Counted from the first letter of the stretch, positions 41,651-56,106 are shown. The stretch is 64,000 nt of DNA from Strigamia acuminata (GCA_949358305.1 OX442314.1:15128001-15192000), one strand, 5' to 3'. Notes: generated by a model not told the origin, from the letters alone. Numbers and translations: made by a program.

Positions 41651-44095
41651 TATCTTTTGAGCACGAGTCGCGATTAGGCTTAGAAAGTGTCATTCTTCAA
41701 TGTCGTCTAATGAGAAGTTTTGAAAACAATCAATTCGTAGTTTTATTAGGGTTTTATACCAAACGTTACCACATTTAACTATCTAGTGCTGTTGTCCATA
41801 GAAAAATTGACGACTTGCGACAATAAAAGCAGCATCGAGCGAACTTGAAAAATCGAACACGAGCGAAGGCCATTTCTCGAAGAAAAACAAGCCCACTAAC
41901 GACACCTACCAACAAAAATTAAAAACAACTCGGTCTGTAAAAAAGTGTTTATTTGCGATACTTTTATAACAGATATTACAATAATAAAAACAAAATAAAC
42001 TTTTATTTTATCAACTTGTGATTCTTAAGGGAAATAAATAAAAAGCCTGCACAATTTCACATGAATACAAAATTCGCATTAGGAGTTCAAACTCCCCAGT
42101 GTTTCTCTCTCTTTTATTTAACCTTTCTTTCTTTCTTTCCACCTTTCCTTCCACTTCTCTTATATTTCTTTTCACAATTATTATAAATTCCACTTACGCA
42201 GGTGTTTTTAAAATTGAATGAGGTAATAACGAGAACAAACTATGACAAAATGAAAATGTATTTGGGCTATTCAACGTAAACAAAAAAATAAAACAGTACA
42301 GTTCATAAACTCTGGCTCTCTAATAAATTCAAATAAAATCTACAAAAAAAATGAAATAAAAAAGAATTTCTTAAATAAATAAATTTTCCAGTTTCATCAC
42401 ACATCTAAACTGACTATAATTTAACAAAAAAAAATTTCTTTTTTTTTATATAATGCATTAAAAATTCCACGGCATATTTTTTGTACCCTTGGTTTCCTTT
42501 TCCATAAATATTCCTAGTACAATTTTATTCCTTCTAACTCTGAAAAATAGACATCACTCTTAAAATAATTTTCATTAACAAATAAAAAATACAACCGAAT
42601 TAAATTACAAATGCTCGAGATTCTAATTACTACGTTTGAACTTTGATATTACCAGGTTTTCAATGCAAATCTAAACATTTAACCAAGAATTCCATTTGCT
42701 CATAAGAAAATATGATTTCATTTCAATGATAAACAATAGCAATTTTAAATTTAAATTAAAACAAATTATTTTTTCTTTCTTTTATTAGTGTTAAGCCTAA
42801 ACTATGGAGAATTAGACCATACAGAGAGCTAATATTCTAACCCATTACATTTAATTAATCTAAACATAAAATCTTTCATGATTATTAATAAATTCCGTTT
42901 AATATTTCTTAAAAAAAGATTAAATTGCACTTGAATATATTTAGAACAATGATTCATGCAATACAACTCAAATAAAATCAACAAAAATGATATTTCTTTT
43001 TAGAAATCCTGATTTCGTTTTGTTAAAAAAAATATAATAAAACAAAAAAAGAATTTTCCCTAAAAATAAAAAAAAATAAAAACATGCCAAAAAATGTGGC
43101 ATTATGAATACTCAATTTATAAAATGTTTCCACAGGAAACTACCAAACAGGCCTATTAAAACAAAAACCTAAAACCGTGACAAAAATTTTGCAAGTTGTT
43201 GTTTGCCTTGACTTGGTGACCAAAGGATTGACCCAAGGCGACCCACTACTGAGTACAGCGCTAATCTAAACTATGACACACCAAGTTTTAATATTCACTT
43301 TTCTCCCTACAAATTGCCAAGTAGTAAAATAACACTCAGGGTCATAACAACTTCCCTTCGTTTCGTTTTCGTCTTCCAAACTCTTAAAATAAACTTTTAA
43401 GGTCACCCAACACACAGGTGCAAAATTACTTGTAGATATACTGTACCAACCAATTTCAAATGATAATTATCCACTGTTTCCTTGTAAAACATTTCATAGC
43501 ATATATTACTGTTATTACATCTACGGTAATGTTAACTACAGTAATCTGAAGAAGTATACATCGTGATTAATTGCATCGTATTTTCTACTCCAAACTTGAC
43601 ACAATGCGTCAACTTGTAATTACATATTGTATCAAGTTTATAAAGGTAACTCACGGTATTTTCTAAGGCCACTTGATCCTAGTTTTATGAACCGGTGTCA
43701 CGAGGAATGGTAATGCACTACGGTGTGTAAACTTGAAATTAAACCTCTACAAATTTGCCAACATTTCCAAATAAACATTAAATTATACTCTTTCCATTTT
43801 TTCTTTCTTTTTCTTTTTCTTCTTCTTATGAATTAATCATTACTCACACAAAGAAAATATTTCCTTTCCTTTATTTATATGAGAAATTGCTCTGCAAAAT
43901 TTATGACCCAAAAACACCTGGTCAAATCAATCAACTCCCAATTTAAGTTGCTTCTTCCATCCACAGCTTGGCGCCATGAATTGCCTTCATTTACAGAATT
44001 AACTTACGAGTGATATCAACCTCTACACTAAAGGCGGGTATGTATCAAAAGGCACGGGGGTAAGAAAAAACCATCTCGTTCTTTTCTCCGACAGC

Positions 44096-44294
44096 TCACA
44101 CCGGTGGCGGCCCGTTGACGTAACGCAAATGCGGCGAGAAAGAGAAGACGAAGTTATTGCGGGAATCGCAGCAATCAGGACCCAGCAGGTACGCGACGCA
44201 GAGGACGACGATGATGGCCAACTGGATGGGAACGGCAGCTCGGATTACCCTCCACAAGAAAGAGTGTCTCTTATTGCCCCCTTTATTACCGGCA
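44096..44294 (-). CDS. klar: Terminal exon encoding transmembrane helix and KASH domain
   Basis: ttgcag| acceptor, phase 2. Encodes FLWRVIRAAVPIQLAIIVVLCVAYLL-GPDCCDSRNNFVFSFSPHLRYVNGPPPV*, with the hallmark C-terminal PPPX and a Cys at position -23. Confidence 0.96.
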
Positions 44295-44902
44295 CTGCAA
44301 ATAAATTTCATATAAAAAAAAGAAAAATTAACAATAATACGAGACAAAACAAAAAATAAAGAGAAAAACAAAAAATAAAGAGAGACCAAAAAAAAAAAAA
44401 AAAAAAAAAATACCAAAGGTAGGTAAAGTAACTTAAAACCACATGCACTTATGACATGTTGTAATGTGACAAGTCTCCTGTAGAGAAAGCCATGTCCACT
44501 TGAGTCACATGCTACAACCTCAACTCAGTGTACAACACACCCCTGATGGCTAATTTCATTTCTTCCTAAGTCAGTGGCTCCCTAGAGAAAACAGCAGCAT
44601 GCTGGACCCCTGCTGCACTAGAAAAAAAGGGGGGAGGGAGAAGTGGGAGGATCACTGACCAAGAGCAAAGCCCAACATGAGTTCTCTCTCTTTGCTCTCT
44701 TCCCCTAACTGCTCTTCGTGACCATACTGCTAATCATGAACAAATGCCTAAAACTTGCCATAAAGCCTAGTTTTAGGATCAGCAGACGGTCGCAAACGGG
44801 CAAATCTACCGCAGTATTCACATATTAGCATTTTTTTAATTTAATTTTTCCCCACCGACACCTAAAAAATACTTATTAGTTAGTAATTAACGCTTAATTT
44901 AC

Positions 44903-45243
44903 CCGTCTGGTTTGTCCATGTCAGGTGCGATGCTGAACCGAACTCTCTTTGGTACATCGGAGCGTGGACTGTTAGGTAATAGAAAACTGCTCTTTCTTCT
45001 CCCTCCTCTTGGCTGAAGCTGTTGCAATTCAGCTGCCGTTGAATCGAGTTGTAGAGATATAGAGTCCCATGCTTTTGTGTTGGCCAACATGTCTTCCATG
45101 CGATGTGCAAAGTCCTGTAATTGCGTCAACTGTGCCTGGCGTTTTGCTAACGTTTCTGCATTGATCCCAGATGGAAGTGGCGATGACACTCCATTTAATC
45201 CAGCACTTTCTGGAACTCGAAGAGTGTTGATCAATGTACTCAC
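44903..45243 (-). CDS. klar: Klarsicht-like penultimate exon VSTLINTLRVPES...KRVRFSIAPDMDKPDG
   Basis: tttcag| acceptor and GG|gtaaat donor, 341 nt, phase 0-2. In frame with the KASH exon. Confidence 0.85.
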
Positions 45244-48200
45244 CTGAAACAAAAATAAATAACACATTATAAATAACTTACTAAATAATAATGATAATAA
45301 TAATAATAATAAAAGACTGTGTTGTGTTAAGCCCCTTTCTCTCGCAATAACAAATACAAACCACTTCCCATGAAAATATTCCCATATATCACATAAAACT
45401 TTGAACAAAAATATGTGGAGCGAAGCTTTTGTTGCCGTCGCCATCATAAAAGACGTTTTTTATTGTGTATTGTAGTAGGAAAAGGAACTGGTTAAGTAAA
45501 CTCATCACGTTCTTTACTAACACCCATTACTGATCCCTCAGCGTAATTTTCCCATTTTCACCTTTTCATCTTGTATTGAGCAGGACATTGACAAGTCACT
45601 GGGTCGGAAATTCATCGTGGATTAAAAAGTGAAGCAAAAGAAGGGAGGCAAAAAAAATACTAAAGGGAATAGGTGAACACAAAAAAAACTGGGCAAAGTA
45701 TTAAAAACTAATCCAGCCCTTTTGTGCCGCGAGAAGACGCTTCGCAGTCAGGAACCGCCCCCCTGGTGGTCATTTGGGAGTGATGGCTGGCAGCCCAATC
45801 CCCCCAGTCTGAAATCAATGCACCTGGATATCATTGGTATACTACCCCAAGCCCCAACGCTGCGGGGGCAGGTGATAGGTGCGCTTTTGTATCAGCGTGG
45901 GCAGTTCACAGAACGCTGGAATTCAATATTATCGTCCAAGTGACCGTCATTCACTTTAGGGATCCAGTTTCACAAGACTCTTCAAGGCGGAAGGAAAAGA
46001 TATAGCAACGGTCCATTGAAATGACTTTAATCTTCTAGCAGCTTCAACACGCACTTTTTTCTATTTTATTATTTCGTTGCTGGTTTACAACAGGGGTGCA
46101 ACAAAAAGCGGCAATTTCAAAGAAAAACTCAACTCCACGTACATTTTTTCTATTTATTTTTCTATTTATGATATATATATATAATTTAAAAAAGAAAAGT
46201 AAAAAAAAACGAGTGGAAGAGATGAGTCAGAATTGTCAATTACATCTAAAATGTGTGATTGAAACTCCGGGCCATCACTCAGAGCAACCCCAAACCCCAA
46301 CCAATTTTACTAATGAAGCCTTTCCATCTATCTCGCTGGCAATTTCATACCTCTTCCGCTACAGATTGCTTGTTACCCAATCCAAATGCAGATAGATAGA
46401 GCTAATCGCACGTGAATGACAGGCCTTTCACACAACCCAATCCTCGTCTCCTAAACACCCATGTGATTGGCATCCGCCGAAGTTTCGCCGAGTAAATCAA
46501 TAAATAAATAAACCCCCCTTTAACGTGTAAAGCACTTGAAACCCCGACTAGCGTTGAAGCGGACTTAACACCAAATGCCTCTAATCGTGCACCAAGCACA
46601 CCTACATTTAAACTAACACACAAGCTCATAAGAGGTCCCTCTTTGCGCAACAAAAATCCATACAAGAAAGCAATTAACCAAATGCCCCATACACCAATAA
46701 AGATCACCATCATATATAACACCAAGTGCTGCACCCATTACTGTATAAAAACTTGGGTAATTGTAATGCAACATGAATGGTACAAGGGGTGAAATTCATC
46801 TGAAATGCAGTCCGCGTCTGTCTATGGCTTTCCAATGACATCTGGTAGACCATGGGAGCAGCAAAGCAGCAGCTCCAGTCCCATAGGAGTCTATCTACTC
46901 ATTGGCATACTTTCCTTTCATTTTCTTTTTAAATTATTTCTTCCCCCGTTCCTTTTATTCCGATTGTGTCTCGTCCTCTCGTCCTCCAGCTTCAAAAAGA
47001 ACTTTATTCCTTCCATTCATCTCTCAAACGCTACCAGCACAGCCAAAGTAATTAGAGGACCCACTTGGTCGAGGTCTTGATGATTCCCTCTTTAATTAGA
47101 ACGTTCACTTATGGTCTTTCCCCCCTCAACGTCCTCATATCCATTGGTCAAGAGACCACTTGACCTACCTCAGGAGCAATACAAATTCTCCTGTGTAATA
47201 ACGGCAAACCCATTAAGAACAGGACAATATTATGAAGGTAAAGGTTTGATTTGATGACAATAAACAATACCAAATGAAATAAAACGTCCATTCTCTCTAT
47301 GACTGTATCCTTAAACACACACCAAAAAAATATATTTAAAAATCTTATCACAAAAATTTATTACCATCTCCCTTTATTACCCAAACTTAAAAAAATAAAA
47401 AAAATGAAAACATATTTTTATCAAATATCACGTGAGATATCAAAAAATGTCAAGCGCATGGCCTCTATTTCATTTATAACGAGTTGACAACGGTTGTTAC
47501 AACTTTTATGTGACTGACGAAAAAATCTTCACATGGGCGCAGCTAACAACCCAGATGTTTTAGTGATAGGGAAAAGACTAAGCTGTTGTGATTTATTATG
47601 TCGCATACGTGTATTTACCACTCCCATTCAGTTAGGGAAAAATACTCGACTTTTTCCTTTTCTTTTTTTTCTATCGGTTCCATAAAAGGAATGACTAATG
47701 AAAGGAAAGGTATTTGCAAGAGCAAAACTTAAAAGTCGAATACTTTAAACAAACAAAAAATAAAAATTTTCTACGGGTGGTAAAAACCCCTCCAAACCCA
47801 AACCAAGCTTCAAGTTCTTTAGAAAACATCTTAGAGGCTCACCTGTGCACTCGCAGGTAAGGGTCAGGTACACATTGAGCCCCGTTTAAAGAGCCATAAT
47901 TTTTCACAGTTGACTTTTAAAGGCATGGACGATTTAAGAAGATTTCTCGCTCACTTGCGCCGTTCAAAACAGGTAAAATGGATGACAAATTGAGTTAATC
48001 TTTACCCGAAAATGGGATTTCAACGCCCAATACTCTGAAAAGGTGGGTAAACACAACATAAATTGTTTCCGACTTAAAGTGACCGACAAGAAAAATGGAT
48101 AGAGTAAATCAATCTTCATTGTGTTTTTCTTTTTTTAAAAACCTGGCTCAAATAATAGCAATAATAATAGTAATAAAAATTCAATGAAAAGCTGTCACTT

Positions 48201-48693
48201 AGTGACAATTTCATTTATCATCACTAATATTTCACAATAAGAAAATGTGTAAGAAGGGAAAAAAACGAGATTGTTGGCTTCAAATTTATTCACACCTGTC
48301 AATGTGAGTTGAAGCGCACGAGATGTAAATCCCTGCATGCAAATCCCGATGAAGGCAATAGAAAGTGGAGTTGCCATGGTAATGATAATAATAATAATGA
48401 AATGACAGTCTGAAGGAATTTTTTTTTTTTAAAAAAAAGTTTCGAAAATTGCCAATGGATTTGAGACACGCGGCTAACACCATTTATTTAAAAAAAAAAA
48501 AAAAAAAAAGAACGCGAAGAAAAGGTAAAGAAAAAAAATTAATTTGCATGTAGAAATTGGCACCTGTTATAAACTTATAGAAAAATTTATTCAAACTCGC
48601 CAACTTCCTTTTAAACATTTCTGTCAAAAAGTCACGAATAAATAAATAAACGTGAGCCTCGAAAAAATCATAAACAGCTCAAAGTTGACTGAC

Positions 48694-48889
48694 CTCGACT
48701 TCGTTCGAAGCATCTGAACAGGTGGCCGGGAAAAGAAGATGGGGTTGAGGAGCGACGTGATCTGTTGTTGCAATCAAAGATGATGTTTCTTTATCCTTAC
48801 TAAGTCCAGATTGTAGTTCTTCCAATTCATTTTCGTACTCCAACCAGGTATTTTTCAACGTATTCAAAGATGAAAGTCGGATATTACCT
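48694..48889 (-). CDS. klar: Klarsicht-like exon GNIRLSSLNTLKNTWLEYENELEELQ...SNEVE
   Basis: gacgcag| acceptor and GAG|gtcagt donor, 196 nt, phase 2-0. Confidence 0.85.
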
Positions 48890-50120
48890 CTGCGTCAAGT
48901 AAAAATAAAATAAAATCAGTTAAAATTCAACATCAAAAAAATTAAACGTAAAAAAAAAAAATCAATCAAATACTTCTTCCTGAAACGACTTCCAATAAAC
49001 ATTGTGCCTATTTCATTCCTTTCTTTTCATTTTATCTTCCAGCATGTTAGAAATGAATGTTCTTCACCCACCATTCATTAGACACAACATAAACTGAGTT
49101 ATACTGATTGTCCAAAGAGAGAAAATTCAACTGGTCTCTTGTGGTCCTCCAGAGGGATATCAGCGCCCAGGGGTGCCCCTGATCACGGCCTTTGTCACTC
49201 GGGCTCTTTGGCCAGTCGCAAATGGCCAATAAAAAAAGGTACACAGTGCGGGCCTCAAAGATTGAGACTTCAAACATTCTGATTGTAATCATTCCAAGCT
49301 TATAGCCATGGTTATAAACTTTTCTTCACTTCAGTTTCCCCAATCAACTCCAAGGATCTTTCAAGTATAAAGGTAATGTTGACAGCAAAATACAATATTT
49401 TTTTCCTGCCCTTTCCCACCGATAGAAATTGCTGACTTGCCAAATAAACCGAATTTTTTTTTCTTAATACCACTTAATTATAATTTAAATTTTAAAGCCT
49501 CAATTATTTAACCTGGTATCCTAAATTTTCAAAGCCCACAGTCTGCGGTTTTGCCCAAACTGAACCGTTCCTTTAAACTTGTAACCTCAATTAAATGGCC
49601 ACAAATTCTCCATTCAATCCCCCATGATTTTAAAATAGCCCCATCCTTTTCAACTTGCCCAACATTTGCAGTGGATATTGAGCCTCGTGCCATTTGTCTT
49701 AGGCAATAAGCAGTTCGGGAGGTGTCTACACAAGACCTCCTCCAGCGCACAAAGCCCTTAAGTCAATATATGCACCCAATTAAGCCTGGCCTGAACCCAA
49801 TCAATGCCGCCCCTGACAAGCGAATAAAGTAAATTGTGCGAGCGGAGCAACACTTATTGATCCAATAGACTCCGCTCCGCCACCTCCGCCATCTCCTCCA
49901 ACAAGGCCAAACAGGGATCCCAAGGCAAACTAATCATTCCATGCCCGCGCCAACAGCCAACATCCCCGAACATCCTCTCAACATCGCACGATGCTCGATC
50001 CAGCGTATCAGCCGATTGCGAATAAATATGTGCGCTTGTCCATCACTTAAAACGCAATCCGAGATGGATAGACAGATAGATGGCAGCTCGAGTTGCATTC
50101 GAAGGCAATTTAAAAAGGAT

Positions 50121-50143
50121 CTCTCTCTCTCTCTCTCGCTCTC
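50121..50143 (+). repeat. (CT)n microsatellite
   Basis: Short, slightly imperfect CT run. Confidence 0.85.
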
Positions 50144-50835
50144 GTAACCCTGGCGGCTAGGGGGACACACATTTAAATTTCTAAGTTTCATTTCCCTTTC
50201 CATCATCCGAATCAAAATAAACCGATTGACTTTACGAGTGGACTAAGGCGAGTGAGTGGTCGAGCCAATTTTTCCCCTCTCTCTCTTCATCCCAGAGGAA
50301 TATCGAGCTCGTTCCCTCAATTCTCATCATGAGGCAGAGGCCATTTGCAAGGGCAGTGATTGGCTTCAAAGTCAACAAATGACCACTACCAACACCTGAG
50401 GGCCAGTGCGCCATCTTCGCAAACCCCAGCGCCCAAGAATCGCATCATACTTGCAGCAAATGCTTTTCGAGGGTGTAAATTGCACTCAAGCTCAGGGCTG
50501 CAACGCCCTGAATTTAATCACACATATCAACATGATGCACATCTCCCCCTCAAACGCATGCTGGAGATCAAAGTGGGCCGATGGCCAAACGCCCATTTCT
50601 CCGTGCACATGTAGAAATATGCGGCGGAGGTTGATGGATGATTAAATTATTAACATTTCTTTCTTTCTTTCTTTTTCTTTCAATTTCAATTTTAAACAAA
50701 TACGCCGTAATAATTTTTCAACATATTTAGTGTTAATCGCTGCATCTTTAAGTGCGATATTTGCACAAGTGTTTTCCAAACGTTGCTTCGACTCGAGGCT
50801 GAAAAGTCAAAGCTCATCCAAAATTAAGTTCTTAC

Positions 50836-50996
50836 TTTTCAAATATCTCATCCCAACGGTGGTAAAGGGCAGCAACTTCTTCTTTCAGTTTGCTTAGGGT
50901 TGGATCAGGGCTGCCTGGGCTTGCCATGAAGCTATGCACCTGCACGTTGATGGTCAGCAGGGTGGCTTTCTTTTCTTGCAACATGGACAGGTAGGC
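50836..50996 (-). CDS. klar: Klarsicht-like exon AYLSMLQEKKATLLTINVQVHSF...LKEEVAALYHRWDEIFEK
   Basis: cactcag| acceptor and AA|gtaaga donor, 161 nt, phase 0-2. Spectrin-like LYxRW helix. Confidence 0.88.
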
Positions 50997-51490
50997 CTGA
51001 GTGAAAAGAATTACATCAAAAATGATTGCATGGGAACGGAATGAGAAGCATGAAGAATTATCAAAGCAAAATTTTCGCACATCGAACGGAAAATAGAACG
51101 TAAATTATTTTTAAAAAGAATAAAAAAAAATGAATAATATTTCAATATTAAACACGGTACGGTTCGATAGGAGAGAAATTTTAATACAAGCAATTTGAAG
51201 TGATTATGTCAAAATTCTTTATCAAAACGTAGAAACATTTTGAAAAGTTCCTGCATCGTGCTTAATCACATGGTAAAAGAGCAATCACCCGAGCTTCCCT
51301 CCATTTTCAACTTGCCAAAAAAAACGTTGTTCTGTCCATCCATCTGCAATTATCTCACTTTAGAAAGCTATTAAACTGCCAAGAAATGCCAATGAGCCCA
51401 TCATGCCCCAACATGAATGGGTTAATGAGAAGGCGTCCCGCACAAAAATCAGCATTTTTTTCCCAAACAAAAGTTTTAAAAAATAAAATA

Positions 51491-51521
<31 letters not shown>

Positions 51522-53631
51522 AAAAATCTTTCTTAATTATATTCGTATCCTGCAAAGGGCAACAGGTGCAATTTGCTAGAAATGAGCACAAAAATATTAC
51601 ACAACTCGTAAACAATTCGTAAAATTTACAGCAAACAGATACTCCTAAAGTATATTTATTATCAGAAAAAGTAATAAACAAAAAGCAATAACTAGACCTA
51701 TCTTATCTCTGCCAGATTGAATAAGATGTGTCCTGATTGCCATTCCCTACATGAGTTCGCATTAAATCTCTCGAGAGCTGTCAGCTGCCAATATTATTCT
51801 TGTCTGATCACCAGGTAATTTCTCTTCTTGTTCTCCGCACCGTACGCCCAATTTTACCATCTCCAGTGACAAGTGACAGTTTTTCTAAATAATCATATCC
51901 TCCCACTTCTACCGGTCTGCTAAACGAAGAGGGATAAAGCAAGGGAAAAAAAACACCGAGGGGGATTTAAAGTGTACTTTTATTTGGTCATCAAGAGTGG
52001 ATACGGACTTGACACTCATCCCGTCAACGCATCTTAAACTTGTCAAGGAATTAGGAACAAGAGAAACTGACTGACAAATGTCTCGATATTGATGCTTTAG
52101 AATATTAACTCGGAATGATAGGTCAGTTGCTTCTCGGAGTGAAGAGGGGAAGAAAAAGAAATAAATAAAAAACAGAAAAGAAAAAGAAAAACTTATTAGA
52201 CTAGGATTTTGAGTGAAAAATACAGGAACATCCGCCATGAATATTTCATCGCTTTTCTTGCAAGAAGGATCAAAAAAGAAGTGGATTTAGTATTTGCCAA
52301 AACTAACCTTCTCATGCCACTGCTGATGTGGTAAATTGACAAAAAGAAAACAAATAAAACCCAAAAAAAAGTAATTTATCTCAATAACTGCAATTCATAT
52401 GTCAACCAGAGTGGTACAAAAAACAGAAATGTATCTTTTGACAGTTGACAGACTCGACACCTCAAAAAAAAAAAGGTCGTCCATTTGTCTCGCGTCATTT
52501 CGACATTTAATTCGCTAATTCATTCCCACTTAAAATTCAAAATCCCATCCATATTTAATTAGATTCAAATCTAAACACAAAGAGCCTTTTCTCCCTCACG
52601 TCCTTGACAATGATCTGACTCTTAAAGCTTCAAATTACACTTCAATGTTTATTCCTAAAAGTCCTTCACCGCCTTTATTTACCTATGACATGAATCTGTC
52701 AGTGAAACGCCAATTTCCCCCTCACTCAAATCTGTGGTCAGTTGTCATTCAAACCATGTATCTTTCATGTCCCCCACCCTCTTCAAAAAAACTACAAAAA
52801 ATATTTCTAAGGACCATTTTACCTTTTTATATATATTTTTTATTTTTTTTTAAAAAAAGGCACAGATGATATCGACTGGTGCGTAGTACCATAAAGAGAT
52901 GGCCATGTGACAAGCCCAATTCTTTTATAAGCTATTCTCTTCCCTTGTATGGGGGACATTGGGTGGAGAATGAGTACGTTTTACGTCTGTCATCTCCCAT
53001 TTAGATCTCCCTACCACGTTTTTTTGCTTCTTCCCCTCTTTCTTTACCCCTCTACACACATTGCGATACAATAGCAAGGTCGTGCACTAAATTGACCTAA
53101 ACCGTGCCACAAGAACGTTCTCAATGCTTTTTTTTTATACATTCATTAGATCTAATGGAAAACAAACCATGCGAAATAACTTGAAACGAAGCAAAACAGC
53201 AAGAATTTGCTGCATTTTAATCTTCTTAAAGAACAGCGAATTTTGTCGATGGGCAGAACTGCTTTTTTTCCCTTTAATATTTTCTTTTTTATGGGGTAAT
53301 TATGTCACCCAGTTTGGGATAATATACACGCAGTCGCATAAATTGTAGCATAAATTGTGGCGTAGGTGACTAGAACTTCAATGCACAGGTGGTGGTGGCA
53401 GCACCTGTTGTAAGCTCGTTGCTGGGTCGCTCGTTTCAAAACTAGCCGACAGATGCCAGCACTTTATGGAGCTAGAACTTTCTCAAAGTTGTTCAATTAG
53501 TTTTGATCTGAGATATCAAGAATCTATATTAAATAAATTAAATCCATCAAACGTATTGATATTGCTTTAAAACCTCAACTAGTTACACTAATGATTGATT
53601 TAACGGGAAATACAATACGCGATGTTAGTAC

Positions 53632-53830
53632 TATAAAGTTTTTTCGACTGTACATTCTAAACTCTTTATAACGAATCGCAATATAACGAATTATCGATAT
53701 AACGAATACCTAAAAATGGCTGGTTTGGTTGGCTGGCGATAGAACACCATGTTAAAAAATTTCTATATAACGAATTCTCGTTACAACAAATCGATTTTTT
53801 GGGTCCCTTGCGATTCGTTGTTTTATATTT
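53632..53830. mobile_element. Degenerate pogo/Tigger-like MITE remnant in a klar intron
   Basis: Four tataacgaat repeats plus an inverted ttcgtt copy, next to a ...cgactgta terminus-like motif. Confidence 0.5.
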
Positions 53831-54371
53831 AAGATTCCTAGCAATGCTTTTAATTGTTACAGTTTGTGGGTCCAGAAATGTCTGGGTCAAGAAGATGTGA
53901 CCAATCTTGATCAGTTATCTTTTTATTAAATTAATTCTCTCAATTATGAAAGTAAATTTAAAATTGTGGGCTTAAAAATGCTGGTTATTCCACAAACCAA
54001 ACAGAAAAGTAAAATCTAATTCTAACACTCCCAGGTTATCATAGTTGACTAAGGTTCAAATTCTGTGGCCCTTTCCTCCCTCCTACAGAAGTGGGATATC
54101 CCGTCTGCCTTTTCTGTTGTTTTCCGCTTTTTAGGGATGGGACATGGGAAGGGAACCCAACAACTCTTTAAGCATTTTCCATCTAGTTGTCCCATTTCCG
54201 TTTAATGTGTAAACTCAGTATAATTGGTGCACGTCACCGATATCCTGTGCAATATTTAAAGAGTGGAATGTGTTCCAGAATCAGCTGTCGTTTTTCATTG
54301 ACAAAAAACATTTTGGCTACACACAAAACCTGCTTTGATAAAAAATGCAATGACGTAAAACAGAAACCCAC

Positions 54372-54562
54372 CTGAAATTCCTGAATCATGCGTTCCAAAA
54401 TAGTTTTATCGTCAATTTTATTATCACATCCGGTTATGGAATTGTCAATGTTTCTCATGCTCTCCTCGAAATCACTCATCTGCTGCTGCACATCTCCCAT
54501 TTTGTTCTCACTTTGTTGTTCCTGCATTAGACAGCGTAGTTTCTCCCACCGAAGAATTGTAT
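54372..54562 (-). CDS. klar: Klarsicht-like exon DTILRWEKLRCLMQEQQ...LERMIQEFQ (helical/spectrin-like)
   Basis: atttag| acceptor and CAG|gtgggt donor, 191 nt, phase 1-0. Confidence 0.87.
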
Positions 54563-55167
54563 CTAAATAAATAAATAATAAATAAAATAAAATAAAATGA
54601 ATATATATTTACATTTATATAAATTTTCAAATATTTCAGTAAAATAGGCTAAGTAAAAACGTCGCTCCTAAATTTACCAATTCAGAAACAGATGCTGGCA
54701 CCGAACCATGTCACACTGGCACAGTGAAATACTATTTTGAAACTGGTGTGCCATTATAAATCTGTTGACACTCATTACCGATTGCGTCTCCCTTTTATTT
54801 TAACACATTAAAATAAAAAATAAAAAAACTAAAAAAAGATTTTTTATTTAAAAATCGTTCGTATTATTAAGCAATGCTTTATAAGCCACCAATTCCTTTT
54901 CAGCAATGTTATGTGCTGGTAATGTAAAAGTCAGTTATCCACCCACGCACCATCTGTACCGTTGTTTAATTCACTGCCCACTGGCAAGAATGCAACGATA
55001 CCGTATAAGGAAAAAGCGAAAAGACAAGGTAAAAACGGATTACTCGTCTCGAGTCGTTTTGTAAACACAAGTAATTCCTAGCAATCTTTCCGTGTCATTT
55101 TTAGCTGACTCACTAAGTGTCAACGTTCCATAAATAGCGATCGCATGTTGCTAGCGAAACAATGTAC

Positions 55168-55285
55168 CTTTGACTTTCTGTACGTCCGCTTCACTAACAC
55201 TGGTGCAATATGGTTTTGCCTGAAGATGTCCAGCTATCACCTGCAAACAATTGATATTTGTCTGGCATGTAGCAAAGAGTTCAAT
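55168..55285 (-). CDS. klar: Klarsicht-like exon IELFATCQTNINCLQVIAGHLQ...VQKVK
   Basis: gttgcag| acceptor and G|gtacat donor, 118 nt, phase 0-1. Open frame that links the flanking exons. Confidence 0.83.
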
Positions 55286-56106
55286 CTGCAACAAAACAAC
55301 AACAAAATTCAATTATAAATCAGTCTTGGTTTCAAATTACAACTTTTATGTTTAATAAAAAAACTGAAACGTATAATTATAATTGCAAGATAAGATGAAC
55401 TGGTTTTTCAATAAAACCTAACTTTTAAACATGACGTCATTCTTCCTAAAGTTTCACAGATCACTTGCGAATATTTAAAAATAAATTTTATCAAATTCTC
55501 AAGAGAATAATAATAAAATGAATTGACTTTTATGCGCTTCATTTATTCTCTACTTGAAGGGTCACCTTTTTTGACCTCAATGGATATCACACACGAATGA
55601 ACACAAGTTGAGGTTACATCCCGAGTTGTACCAACTAATTTTATCTCGTAAAACTCTACAAAAGTGGACATCAACTTACTTTAATTGGTGACGAGCTAAA
55701 ACTTTACACCGATCTGTCATTCCAGCGAATAGTTAGCATCTCCAATCAGATGAGAAACAAGGCTGGCTACATTTTTTTTATAAATTAATCTAAACCAAGA
55801 CACGCCTATTTTGCTGACGTATATCTCTCATACGTGAGGCCTTGACTGTACTCTGTCGGCAAATTCTAAAAGCTGCCCCGTTTAGCAACATTCCCCAGCT
55901 ACGCACGTAAGCCATCCAAAGACCGTTAAATGGCCCGTGACAAATCACATTCACAGAAAATATACATAAATGTCTCAATTACGTTTATCTATAAAACTAT
56001 AAAACTCGAATTGTATTTTCTGTCGAATTTTTAGACGCTTTTTATTTATAACAAAAAAATCTTTTTGGTTAAACTCATTTATTAACTCGTGATAATTTTT
56101 CCTTAC

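Noticed and set aside
44295..44416. Phe-rich N-terminal part of ORF 44096..44416 as a transmembrane segment
   Set aside because: It is translated intronic poly-T upstream of the true acceptor at 44294.
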